Positions 8,859 through 17,445 of a stretch of DNA of 32,000 nucleotides are shown piece after piece. The notes under the pieces are model-generated. The model was not told the origin of the DNA and made no database searches. It saw only the letters and a program-made list of their open reading frames with translations. Within the stretch, counting starts at the first letter, position 1. Every line of letters starts with the position of its first letter. Source of the DNA: Acidothermus cellulolyticus 11B (lineage in GTDB: Bacteria > Actinomycetota > Actinomycetes > Acidothermales > Acidothermaceae); assembly GCF_000015025.1 (NCBI RefSeq), contig NC_008578.1:1830001-1862000 (forward strand). The letters are read 5' to 3'. Position numbers and translations under genes: made by a program.

Positions 8859-9568
8859 CTCCTCTTCCTGGGCAACCATCGAGCCAGCTTGTCGAGCAGT
8901 ATTGACCACAGCAATCGCAAGAGGTTGACCGGCTTGGCGGGAGCCACGGTCTTAGTCTCAAAGGGCGCACTCTTTTGATCCGGCGAACCTTTAGCAGGCG
9001 CCTGATCACGCAGTGTTCCGTCAGCGGCGGCAGGCCGCACGGCGACGTCATCCATGGGCGGCGTAGAGCCACCGACTCGGGTTTCGGCTTTGTCGGTCCC
9101 TGCAGGCTGCATGCCGGCGCTGTCGGCTGCGAGCGCCTCGGACATCCGCTCACCGAACTGAGCAAAAAGCTTGCCTGCCACGTCTTGCACGCCCCGGCCC
9201 AGCGAGGCGATTCGACCGGTCAGTTGGACATCGCTCTCCAGCGCCAGCTCTGTCCGATTCTCGGATAGGGCTTTGAGTCGCGCGACGACGGTCGCCCGCG
9301 CTGTCCCGGCGCCGTTGCGATCGCGCCCATTGGCTTGCAGGCGAACGCTATAGGACGTCTTGTCCTTATCTTCGATGGTCAAGCGTCCCTGGTAGTGCAC
9401 AGAGATCGGACCGACCTTGACCACGACCGTACCGTCGAAGGTTCGATCGTCGAGAACTTCCGTGAGCGTCGCTCCCGGCATGCAGGATGCCACACGCGGA
9501 ACGTCATCGAAGAACGACCAGACCCGATCGATTGGTACCGGCACCTCAAGGGACTGCTCGATTCTCAC
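8855..9568 (-). CDS. CoxG-like SRPBCC-family protein with a long low-complexity linker and a basic amphipathic C-terminus
   Basis: The N-terminus MRIEQSLEVPVPIDRVWSFFDDVPRVASCMPGA is typical of CoxG-family proteins. The C-terminal ~85 aa are Ala/Pro/Asp-rich and end in VNLLRLLWSILLDKLARWLPRKRR. GTG start, 2 nt after the 2Fe-2S subunit stop. Confidence 0.8.
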   Translation of the reverse strand: MRIEQSLEVPVPIDRVWSFFDDVPRVASCMPGATLTEVLDDRTFDGTVVVKVGPISVHYQGRLTIEDKDKTSYSVRLQANGRDRNGAGTARATVVARLKALSENRTELALESDVQLTGRIASLGRGVQDVAGKLFAQFGERMSEALAADSAGMQPAGTDKAETRVGGSTPPMDDVAVRPAAADGTLRDQAPAKGSPDQKSAPFETKTVAPAKPVNLLRLLWSILLDKLARWLPRKRR

Positions 9569-9570
9569 CG

Positions 9571-10056
9571 TTACTCTTCCTTTTCTGCACGTCGCATGGC
9601 CGCGTAATCCTCGATCGCGTCAAGTATCTTCGTGTAGCCGGTGCAGCGGCAGATGTTTCCCACCAGTGTGTAACGGATCTCGTCACGCGAGGGCAGGGAG
9701 CGCCGTTCGACGAGGTCATACGCCGTAAGCAACATTCCCGGGGTGCAGAAACCGCACTGCGATGCACCGTGGCGTAGGAAGCTTTCCTGCAAGGGGTGAA
9801 GCGCGTCGCCTTCTCGGCACAACCCAGCGGCTGTGATGATGTCCCGCCCGTCTGCCTGCACGCCTAGCATCAAGCACGCACTCACGGGCGAGCCGTCAAG
9901 GAGAACCGTACATGTCCCGCAGACCCCTTCGCCGCATCCGTAACGCACGTCAGGCATACCGAGTCGATCGTGTAGCACGTCGACGAGCGTTTCCTGTGAC
10001 TCGACAGGTACCGTACGTCGCACTCCATTCACGACGAGGGTTATTTCGTGTTTCAC
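9571..10056 (-). CDS. Molybdenum hydroxylase small subunit, [2Fe-2S]-binding (CoxS/XdhC-iron-sulfur type)
   Basis: Two cluster motifs are present: CGEGVCGTCTV and CGFCTPGM...NICRCTGY. Length 161 aa. GTGA overlap with the FAD subunit gene. Confidence 0.92.
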   Translation of the reverse strand: MKHEITLVVNGVRRTVPVESQETLVDVLHDRLGMPDVRYGCGEGVCGTCTVLLDGSPVSACLMLGVQADGRDIITAAGLCREGDALHPLQESFLRHGASQCGFCTPGMLLTAYDLVERRSLPSRDEIRYTLVGNICRCTGYTKILDAIEDYAAMRRAEKEE

Positions 10057-10949
10057 CGATGCGATGCCCCTCCTCTCGCTCTTGCGATTGCACCCGCAAG
10101 GGCTCGCCGCGTGAGAACAGCGACCAAATGACGGCGATAGGCGGCAGATGCCCGAACATCTGAGAAGGGTTCGACATGGGCAGCAATCATTGCGGCTATC
10201 TCGTCGAGGGACTCATCGCTCCCATCTGTTCCCACCGCAGAGGTGAGAAGTGGTGCGTCGACGGTCATCGCGCGATCCCCGACTCCGCCGAGTGCAAGCG
10301 CGACATCCGAGATGGTGCCGTCTACGTCCGAAAGCCGCACCCGAGCGGCGACGGCGACAACCGCAAAATCCGATCCACGTCGAACGACTTCTTCGAAAGC
10401 CCAACCGGTGCGAGGTGCCGGTAAGGGTATGCGAACCGCTGTGATCATCTCATCCGGCTCAAGCGACGTCGTGAGATAGCCAACGAACAAATCAGAGGCG
10501 TTAAGCGTCCTACCGCCGCTGCTGCCAAGAACGTCCACGCGGGCGTCGACGGCCAGAGCGGCCACGCACAATTCCGCACTTGGATCACCATGGGCAAGAC
10601 TGCCGCCGATCGTTCCCCGATTCCGTACCCGGACGTTGCCAATGTGCTTGGCAACCATCGGCAAGAGCGGTGCGTGTGCCTCGATCAACCGATCTTCCAG
10701 AAGCGACCGGTGACGAGTTAACGCCGACAGTCGGAGCTCGCCGTCGGTGATGATCGGCGCGTGAGCTGGAACGCTGTTAAGATCAATCAGCACACTCGGC
10801 CGGAGGAGCCGCAAGTTCAACATAGGAATGAGGCTCTGTCCCCCTGCGAGCAGTTTGGCGTCCTCCCCGTAGGTACGGAGGAGCTGGGCCGCGTGCTCGA
10901 AGCTGTCTACCGTGACGTAGTCGAACGGTGCACAGCCCATTTCACGCAC
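10053..10949 (-). CDS. Molybdenum hydroxylase medium subunit, FAD-binding (CoxM/XdhB type)
   Basis: FAD-binding PCMH-type motifs are present: LLAGGQSLIPMLNLRL and NRGTIGGSLAHGDPSAE. Length 298 aa. Confidence 0.9.
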   Translation of the reverse strand: MREMGCAPFDYVTVDSFEHAAQLLRTYGEDAKLLAGGQSLIPMLNLRLLRPSVLIDLNSVPAHAPIITDGELRLSALTRHRSLLEDRLIEAHAPLLPMVAKHIGNVRVRNRGTIGGSLAHGDPSAELCVAALAVDARVDVLGSSGGRTLNASDLFVGYLTTSLEPDEMITAVRIPLPAPRTGWAFEEVVRRGSDFAVVAVAARVRLSDVDGTISDVALALGGVGDRAMTVDAPLLTSAVGTDGSDESLDEIAAMIAAHVEPFSDVRASAAYRRHLVAVLTRRALAGAIARARGGASHR

Positions 10950-10959
10950 CTCTTCGCAG

Positions 10960-11652
10960 TTACGCGGCCAAAAGTCTGGACACGATCCGGAGTGTCGCCG
11001 CCAGAACAGCTTGATTACTGGAGATCACCGGTATGCCAAGCTTTTCGGATATTACGGGCAGGACTTCAAACGCCCTGAAGTTCGTGCACGACACAAAACC
11101 CAGGTCGATGTCTAGCCCGCCCAGTGACGCGACAACGGAATCAATGATCGTGGTGGGAGGCACCTGAGCGATCTGGAAGTTTTCGTCGATTCCGAGGCCA
11201 GCAATCTTCACCACCTCCACACCGTCTGCCTCGACGCTAGCCTTGATCCTCTCGTTCAAGTCGTCAACATACGGCGTGAAGATCCCGACACGGCGCGCAC
11301 CGGAGGCCGCAATCGCCTCGCGTACCGACCGTACTGTCGACACTGTAGGTGCACCAGTGACATCGCTGATCCGCTGGCACAGCTGCGTGTCATATGCATC
11401 GCCCCGCAAGGCTCCCGCGCTTGTACAACCGAAGACAACGACGTGCGGTCTGGCCGTTGCGAGATCGCGAGCGGCAGGAAGAGCGAAGTCGTCGAGCATG
11501 CGACTCTCGCCCTCGACAGTGGTCGCCTCCATGAACATGCGTGCCGTGTGCAGTGTTGCCTCCGGCGGCAACTGACGCACGAAGTCCACCTCCATCACCG
11601 TGTTGGATGAGGGGATCATCAGGCCGACGCGAACTCGATGATCTCCGTTCAT
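10960..11652 (-). CDS. Asp/Glu/hydantoin-racemase-fold protein, maleate cis-trans isomerase / arylmalonate decarboxylase-like
   Basis: It has two Cys-containing motifs at the positions expected for the catalytic pair of maleate isomerases (VVFGCTSAGAL and GFVSCTNFRAF). Start chosen at ATG 11652 (MNGDH...) because GGAG lies 6 nt upstream. The maximal ORF starts at 11664. Confidence 0.7.
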   Translation of the reverse strand: MNGDHRVRVGLMIPSSNTVMEVDFVRQLPPEATLHTARMFMEATTVEGESRMLDDFALPAARDLATARPHVVVFGCTSAGALRGDAYDTQLCQRISDVTGAPTVSTVRSVREAIAASGARRVGIFTPYVDDLNERIKASVEADGVEVVKIAGLGIDENFQIAQVPPTTIIDSVVASLGGLDIDLGFVSCTNFRAFEVLPVISEKLGIPVISSNQAVLAATLRIVSRLLAA

Positions 11653-11869
11653 TCGTCGCTCCACATGCCGAGTTGGGAAGTCTTCAGGATGACCTTCCGG
11701 CAGAATTGCTTGTCGCCCCGCCGTTGGTGATCACGAGCTCTCTCAGACCACTGTATGACGACAGCATCACACGAGCACTGGCATGATTCGCCCAAAATCC
11801 CCCTCATTCCTCGTCGACTCTTGCCACGTATCATTCGTTTCGCCGACGGCAGTCACCGCCGAAGCTTCA

Positions 11870-13549
11870 TCACGGAGCAATTGACTCACCAGCATGGATG
11901 ATCTGCAAAAAGCGGCGGGTCCGTTGGTCTCTGGGATTGCTGAAGATCTCGTCCGGTGCACCTTCCTCCACGACAACACCGCCTTCCATGTAGATCACTC
12001 GATCGGCGCACGCCCGCGCAAAGCCCATCTCGTGGGTAACCACGATCATCGTCATACCGAGTTCGGCCAGTTCGCGGATGAGGCTCAGAACTTGGCCCAC
12101 GAGCTCAGGGTCCAGTGCGGAGGTCGGCTCGTCGAACAACATCAACCGCGGGTGGCAGGCCAAGGCACGCACGATCGCGACCCGCTGCTGCTGACCACCC
12201 GACAGCTGGTGGGGATAGTGATTCTCGAAGCCCGAGAGTCCCGCCCAGTCCAGTAGCGCACGCGCTTCCCGCCTCGCATCGCGCGCATCGCGACCGTAGA
12301 CGCGCACCGGGGCTTCCATGATGTTCTGCAGCACCGTCATGTGGTCGAAAAGGTTGAAGTGCTGAAAAACGAAACCGATCCGCGCGTCACGCCGCGCAGC
12401 AGCCGCTGAGCGCACGGGCACGACACCCCGAGAGGTGCGGCGATAGCCGACGAGCTTCCCGTTGACGAGAATCTCTCCCGCGTCGATCTGTTCGAGATGG
12501 TTGATCGTGCGCAAGAGGGTGGTTTTACCAGAACCACTCGGACCCAGGATGACGACCACCTCGCCGGCGTTGATATCCATCGAGACGCCGTTGAGAACCT
12601 GACGTCCCCGGAAGGTCTTCCGAACGTCTGCGATTTTCACAAACGGCTCGACGAGAGCGCCGACGTCTGCACGAAGCGTGGCTGCGAGTTGCTGGGCCAG
12701 TTCAGCGTGTTGGCTACTGTGCGTCCGCTTCATCTCCAACTCAACTTCATCGAGTACGTCCGCCACCTCCTCCGTCGCCGACGTGCGCGGCAGCGCCCTT
12801 CGCGGCCGCAGACGGGTAAGAAATCGTGCCGACGTCGCGGACGAGCGTGCATCGAGGACCACTGGGACATGCGACGTTTGCGATATAGGCTTTACCTGCT
12901 TGCGCTCGATATTCAACCGTCGCTCCGCCCAGCTCTGGAGCACGGTGACAGCAGAACTGGCTATCAAGTAAAGCGCACCCGCAGCGCCGAACACAGCCAA
13001 GTATTCAAAGTTCACAGCCACAATCTGCTGACTGCGGAGGGTCAACTCGTCAACTGCAATCACCGACGCCAAGGAAGTGTTCTTCAACATAATGATTAGT
13101 TCGTTGGACAGCGCGGGTGCTATCGACCGAAACGCTTGCGGGAGTATCACTCGATGCAGAATCGTCCAGCGCGACATGCCTAGAGCAAGACCAGCTTCTC
13201 GTTGGGCGCTCTTGACCGCACTGATCCCTCCCTTTATGATCTCACCGGAGAACGCGATCTCATTCAGCACCAATGCTATGACGGCAGTCGTGAATGGGCT
13301 GACTCGAAATCCGAGTGTCGGCAGTATGTCAAACCAGAAGAGCAACTGCAGCAGGAGCGGTGTGCCACGCATCACCCAGACATACGGCCACAGAAGCACT
13401 CGGACTGACCGCCACTTTGACAAACGCATCAAAGCAACAGCTATCGAGGGCGGAATCGCCAAGGCAAATGAGATAACCGTGATCTCCACCGCCGTCGCAA
13501 GACCTTGCCAGAGGAAGGGCAACGTGAAGTAGTGAAGCAAATTGGACAT
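11870..13549 (-). CDS. Fused polar-amino-acid-type ABC transporter: N-terminal permease domain plus C-terminal ATPase domain in one polypeptide
   Basis: Residues ~1-215 form a His/Glu/Gln/Arg-opine-type permease (EAA-like region REAGLALGMSRWTILHRVILPQAF). A ~95-aa non-hydrophobic linker follows. The ATPase has Walker A GPSGSGKTT, signature LSGGQQQR, Walker B LMLFDEPTSALD and H-loop VVTHEM. It is a single uninterrupted 559-codon ORF. Confidence 0.88.
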   Translation of the reverse strand: MSNLLHYFTLPFLWQGLATAVEITVISFALAIPPSIAVALMRLSKWRSVRVLLWPYVWVMRGTPLLLQLLFWFDILPTLGFRVSPFTTAVIALVLNEIAFSGEIIKGGISAVKSAQREAGLALGMSRWTILHRVILPQAFRSIAPALSNELIIMLKNTSLASVIAVDELTLRSQQIVAVNFEYLAVFGAAGALYLIASSAVTVLQSWAERRLNIERKQVKPISQTSHVPVVLDARSSATSARFLTRLRPRRALPRTSATEEVADVLDEVELEMKRTHSSQHAELAQQLAATLRADVGALVEPFVKIADVRKTFRGRQVLNGVSMDINAGEVVVILGPSGSGKTTLLRTINHLEQIDAGEILVNGKLVGYRRTSRGVVPVRSAAAARRDARIGFVFQHFNLFDHMTVLQNIMEAPVRVYGRDARDARREARALLDWAGLSGFENHYPHQLSGGQQQRVAIVRALACHPRLMLFDEPTSALDPELVGQVLSLIRELAELGMTMIVVTHEMGFARACADRVIYMEGGVVVEEGAPDEIFSNPRDQRTRRFLQIIHAGESIAP

Positions 13550-13613
13550 TACCGTGCATCCCTTTCATTGATCACAGCTAGTCCTGGCTTTGTGACAGCC
13601 ACCCTAAGCTGAC

Positions 13614-13652
13614 GTGAGGCGGCCGGCCACCCAAGGCGGCCGGTCGCCTCAC
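13614..13652 (-). terminator. Strong GC-rich hairpin between the binding-protein gene and the permease/ATPase gene (attenuator, terminator or mRNA-stabilising element)
   Basis: GTGAGGCGGCCGGCC (13614-13628) pairs with GGCCGGTCGCCTCAC (13638-13652). That is 15 bp including one G-U, with a 9-nt loop. It starts 8 nt downstream of the binding-protein stop codon (13660-13662). No U-tract. Confidence 0.45.
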
Positions 13653-13659
13653 CCTTCCG

Positions 13660-14568
13660 TCAGGATGACGATGAGGGACTCAGGAGTGACGTGTCCGGTA
13701 TTCCCCACTTACTGGCATCCGTCTTGTATTGAGCAGAGGACAAGTACCACTCAACATCGCTCCGCAATGCGGGCAACATCGGGCTGTTCTTGGCAACTGC
13801 AATACCGACTTCTATTTCTGTCCCCGGTACAACAAAGGCCACCCCATATGCCCCGGGCTTTTGCTTTTGCACATAAATCAGTGAAAGTGAATCTTCGATG
13901 ATTCCGAACAGTCGGCCATTATCGATCTGAGCAAGCTCGTCGGATACGGCCTGGAAGGACTTGAGATCGAGGCCAGCCTTTCCCGCGCTCTTGCACTTCT
14001 GTGTCATTGAGTTGCCGGCCTCAGCTTCACTCGGGCTGCCGGTCACCACGCCGATGGGCTTCCCGCATAAGTCAAGCTCGCTCTTCGTCGTCGATAGATT
14101 CTTCTGGGCTACGAGCACGGATAGGCCGCTCTTCATGTATGGCACGAAGTCAACCACCTTCTCCCGCTCAGCCGTCACGTAGACGTCGGAGACAGCCATG
14201 TCAAGCTGACCCGACTGGATCGCCGGGATCAAGCCACTGAAGTTCGAGATCTGGATCGTGTAGTTCTGATGAACGTGATCCATAAGTGCCTTGATCATAT
14301 CCGCTTCGAAGCCCTGAACCTTGGAGGGATCAGACGGATCGCGGATCATCATGGGAGGAAAGTCGGCCGAGGTTCCGATCTTCAGCGTTCCCGCCTTCAG
14401 CGGCTGCGCGCCGGCCGTGCCGACAGCGCTCGTACCGGCCGCGGACGCCGTAGAGCGTGCACTTGATCCGGCGGAACTGCCGGAGCTGCTACACGCCGTG
14501 ACAGCAAGGCTCACCAGAATTCCCGTGCAGATGACGTGACCCGTCGCCCCCCGTATGGACCTCTTCAT
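13660..14568 (-). CDS. ABC transporter substrate-binding lipoprotein, family 3 (polar amino acid type)
   Basis: Lipoprotein signal MKRSIRGATGHVICTGILVSLAVTAC, followed by a Ser/Ala-rich tether and an SBP_bac_3-like body (LKIGTSADFPPM...GFEADMIKAL...LDMAVSDVYVTAEREKVVDF). The start could also be 14592/14595 or 14643. Confidence 0.85.
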   Translation of the reverse strand: MKRSIRGATGHVICTGILVSLAVTACSSSGSSAGSSARSTASAAGTSAVGTAGAQPLKAGTLKIGTSADFPPMMIRDPSDPSKVQGFEADMIKALMDHVHQNYTIQISNFSGLIPAIQSGQLDMAVSDVYVTAEREKVVDFVPYMKSGLSVLVAQKNLSTTKSELDLCGKPIGVVTGSPSEAEAGNSMTQKCKSAGKAGLDLKSFQAVSDELAQIDNGRLFGIIEDSLSLIYVQKQKPGAYGVAFVVPGTEIEVGIAVAKNSPMLPALRSDVEWYLSSAQYKTDASKWGIPDTSLLSPSSSS

Positions 14569-15096
14569 AAGCACCACCCGCTTTCTGCGCATCATGCCGG
14601 ATGACGACCGCCTTGCCGATGCCGCTGATCGGTCGTATGGCATACGGTTGTCCTTCTGATGCTAGGGTGGGGGTGCGGTGTTGCTTAGGTCACACGCTTA
14701 CAATAATGCGAGTTTGTCGTAGTCAAGAAGTGCTACAAGGCTGGGGTGGCTGCTCTGAAATGGCGGCGCGACTCCGCGTTTTTCTACCGCTCCAACTCCT
14801 ATTTCGCCTATCCGCTGTAACCCGCGGCATGGGTGCGATAGCCCCGGCAGGGAGAGCACGGTTCGCTACACGGCGTGATAACACGTTTATAACGCTTCGG
14901 CAGCAATTTTCACTCGAGATCGCAACACTGGATGGGCGGCTGATGCTATGAGGCCCGCGTCAGCGACGCGACCTGCGAGCCTAGGATGTGAGCCAACGGC
15001 CAGGTCATGAGAGCCCCGCTGCTCAGGGGTATTCCGACAGTCCGGTGAGGGGGGACGCAGCCCCGCCATCTGCAACGTCGTACTGACAAGCTCGGC

Positions 15097-17445
15097 TTAT
15101 GCGGCGCCTCGGATGGGATTGTCGCGCAGCAAGTCGAGCAGCCGCTCGGGCGTCATGGGAAGGCGGCGCGGTTCAATACCAATTGCGTCGGCAATAGCAC
15201 TCGCGATCGCCGCCGCAACCGGACCGATGGGCGGCTCGCCGATGCCTCGCGCCTGCATGGGTCCCTTCCCTTCGCCGCTCTCAACGATCCTGACCGTGAT
15301 GTCGGGAACCTCAAGAGCGGTTGGTACTAGGTAGTCTGCAAAGAGCGTTGACTTGGGTATACCTTCGTCCAACTCCACCTCTTCCATCAATGCATAGCCG
15401 AGGCCCTGTGCCACACCGCCCTGGATCTGGCCTTCTACCCGTAAGGGGTTGATAGACCGCCCTACATCATGTGACGCGACGTATTTCAGCACTGTTACGC
15501 AGCCAGTTTCGAGATCCACTTCAACCTCTGCAGCATGCGCACCGTAGGTGTAATCCGGGAAAGTCGCTCCCTTGCCGGTCGTCGGATCAAAGCTCCCAAC
15601 CGGCGCCCGCCAGGTATAAAGCACGGCGGGACTCACGCCGCGACTCTCGCACTCGCGAGCCAGCGTCGCGAGATTGATGCCCTGGCCTGCGGTTTCCCCG
15701 CGAGCGACGAAGACGGCGCCGTCACGAAACTCAAGTTGCTCGGGGGTGGTATTGAGGATGCCAGCCGCGACATCTGCGAGTACGCGGCGGAGTTCGAGAG
15801 CCCCATGGAGCACAGCATTACCCGACATATAGAGCTGCCGGGTCGCAAATGTGCCTCCCGCAGGTGGGTTCAGGGCTGTATCCCCGATGTGGACACTGAT
15901 CTCGTCTAACGACACACCCAGCACCTCGGAGGCGATCTGGCAAAGGCTGGCGGCTTGGCCACCACCGAGATCGGTGATGCCGCTGCGGATGGTCAGACTG
16001 CCATCGGCGGACAGACTCAGCCAGACAGATGCCTGATCGTGGAACCATGCCGTGCGCCCGTAGGGTTGCATGTTGCATGCCAAGCCCCTGCCGATCCGCT
16101 TCCGTGGTGAACTCGGCGCGGACGGCGCACCGAGCGCGTACATCGCCTGGTCAAGGGTTTCCTCGATTGCAACTGTCGTGTCGACGCGCTCCCCAGTTGG
16201 ACGAAGGTCGCCCTTTCGCAAGAAGTTCCGCTTGCGTATCTCGTCTGGCGGTAGGTTGAGAACCCGCGCCAGACGATCCATCTGACCTTCGTAGCCGAAC
16301 ACGACCTCCATTGCGCCGAAACCACGAAATGCACTTGTCGGCACTTGATTAGTAAAGACTGCACGCGATCGAACTCGCGCATGAGGAATGCGATAGGGGC
16401 CGCATGCAGTAACCGCGGCAGCGAACATGACCCTCGCACTCAGGTAGGGATAGGCGCCGGCATCACCTACGATGTCGACTTCCTGCGCCGTAATGACGCC
16501 GTCGCGACGTGCACCAGTCTTGTACTTCATTACGAACGGCGCACGCTTAGTGGTCGCCAGAATGGACTCCTGCCGCTCAAAGATCATGCGCACTGGGCGT
16601 CGGGTATACCAAGCAAGAAGTGCCACGTAAGGTTCCACCGTCATGTCTTCTTTCCCGCCAAATCCACCACCCATGTACGTACTGATGACCCTCACTCTGT
16701 TTTGCGGGAGATTGAGGATTTCAGCAATCTCGGCCGCATGCTCGACCACCTGGGTGGCAGCCCTGATCGTAAGGATCCCTTGGTCCATCCAGGCCACCGC
16801 GGCTTCGGGTTCCAGGTACGCGTGCTCGACGAACTGTGTCCGATACTCCTCCTCGACGACGACGTCAGCCTCGCGAAATCCTGCTTCGACGTCTCCGCAG
16901 CTGATGTTCCAAGTGATCAGGACATTCCCTTCCTCGTGCACTAAAGGAGCATCGGGCAAGAGAGCCGACAGCGGATCATAAACACCGGGAAGCGGTTCAA
17001 GGTCGATGTCCACCAGCTCAGCCGCCTGGTCCAGCGCTGCTCGCGTTTCCGCAGCCACCAGAGCCACCGGCTCGCCCGCATAGCGCACTCTGTCCGCCGC
17101 AAGAACAGGCATGGCCACGTCAAGCTCGCCAAGTCCTCCACTGGCGTGGGTGGCGATACGGTTGACCGGCACATCCCGCGCTGTCAGCACCGCAGCCACA
17201 CCGGGCACCTCAAGGGCCTTCGACACGTCGATCGCCCGGATCCGCGCGCTCGCCATCGGGCTGCGGACCACCTTGCCGAGCAGCATGCCGGGCAGCGACC
17301 AGTCCTCCGCATAGAGCAGCGAACCCTTGACCTTCTCGATGAAGTCATGACTCATTATCGACTTTCCGACGACTCGTCGATCAGTTGCGACCACCGACGA
17401 GTCCGTCGCGATACCGCCGACGGAATCTACGGACGTGTCGCTCAT
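15097..17445 (-). CDS. Molybdopterin-binding large subunit of an XDH/aldehyde-oxidase-family hydroxylase (not a CO dehydrogenase)
   Basis: 782 aa. Motifs: YMGGGFGGKEDMT, TSAFRGFGAME and the C-terminal catalytic-Glu motif RGIGEPPIGP. It lacks the CODH signatures AYxCSFR and AYRGAGR. ATGA overlap with the upstream CoA-transferase B gene. Confidence 0.92.
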   Translation of the reverse strand: MSDTSVDSVGGIATDSSVVATDRRVVGKSIMSHDFIEKVKGSLLYAEDWSLPGMLLGKVVRSPMASARIRAIDVSKALEVPGVAAVLTARDVPVNRIATHASGGLGELDVAMPVLAADRVRYAGEPVALVAAETRAALDQAAELVDIDLEPLPGVYDPLSALLPDAPLVHEEGNVLITWNISCGDVEAGFREADVVVEEEYRTQFVEHAYLEPEAAVAWMDQGILTIRAATQVVEHAAEIAEILNLPQNRVRVISTYMGGGFGGKEDMTVEPYVALLAWYTRRPVRMIFERQESILATTKRAPFVMKYKTGARRDGVITAQEVDIVGDAGAYPYLSARVMFAAAVTACGPYRIPHARVRSRAVFTNQVPTSAFRGFGAMEVVFGYEGQMDRLARVLNLPPDEIRKRNFLRKGDLRPTGERVDTTVAIEETLDQAMYALGAPSAPSSPRKRIGRGLACNMQPYGRTAWFHDQASVWLSLSADGSLTIRSGITDLGGGQAASLCQIASEVLGVSLDEISVHIGDTALNPPAGGTFATRQLYMSGNAVLHGALELRRVLADVAAGILNTTPEQLEFRDGAVFVARGETAGQGINLATLARECESRGVSPAVLYTWRAPVGSFDPTTGKGATFPDYTYGAHAAEVEVDLETGCVTVLKYVASHDVGRSINPLRVEGQIQGGVAQGLGYALMEEVELDEGIPKSTLFADYLVPTALEVPDITVRIVESGEGKGPMQARGIGEPPIGPVAAAIASAIADAIGIEPRRLPMTPERLLDLLRDNPIRGAA

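Noticed and set aside
12497-13099. 200-aa plus-strand ORF (also 13077..13532, and 16345..16944 and 19531..20151 elsewhere)
   Set aside because: All lie antisense to well-supported minus-strand genes (ABC fusion, Mo large subunit, LLM) and lack recognisable motifs.
14569-15096. 116-aa ORF (14601..14951, plus strand) and a possible riboswitch in the 0.5-kb gap between the Mo large subunit and the binding-protein gene
   Set aside because: The ORF is Cys/Arg/Leu-rich with no RBS. I could not recognise any known riboswitch core by eye. The gap most likely holds the internal transporter promoter, so I left it unannotated rather than guessing.
15097-17445. Possibility that the CoxL-like gene encodes an aerobic CO dehydrogenase
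   Set aside because: The active-site loop signatures AYxCSFR (form I) and AYRGAGR (form II) are absent. The protein has the XDH-type FRGFG, GGGFGGK and GEPP motifs instead, and no coxD/E/F-type genes are present.
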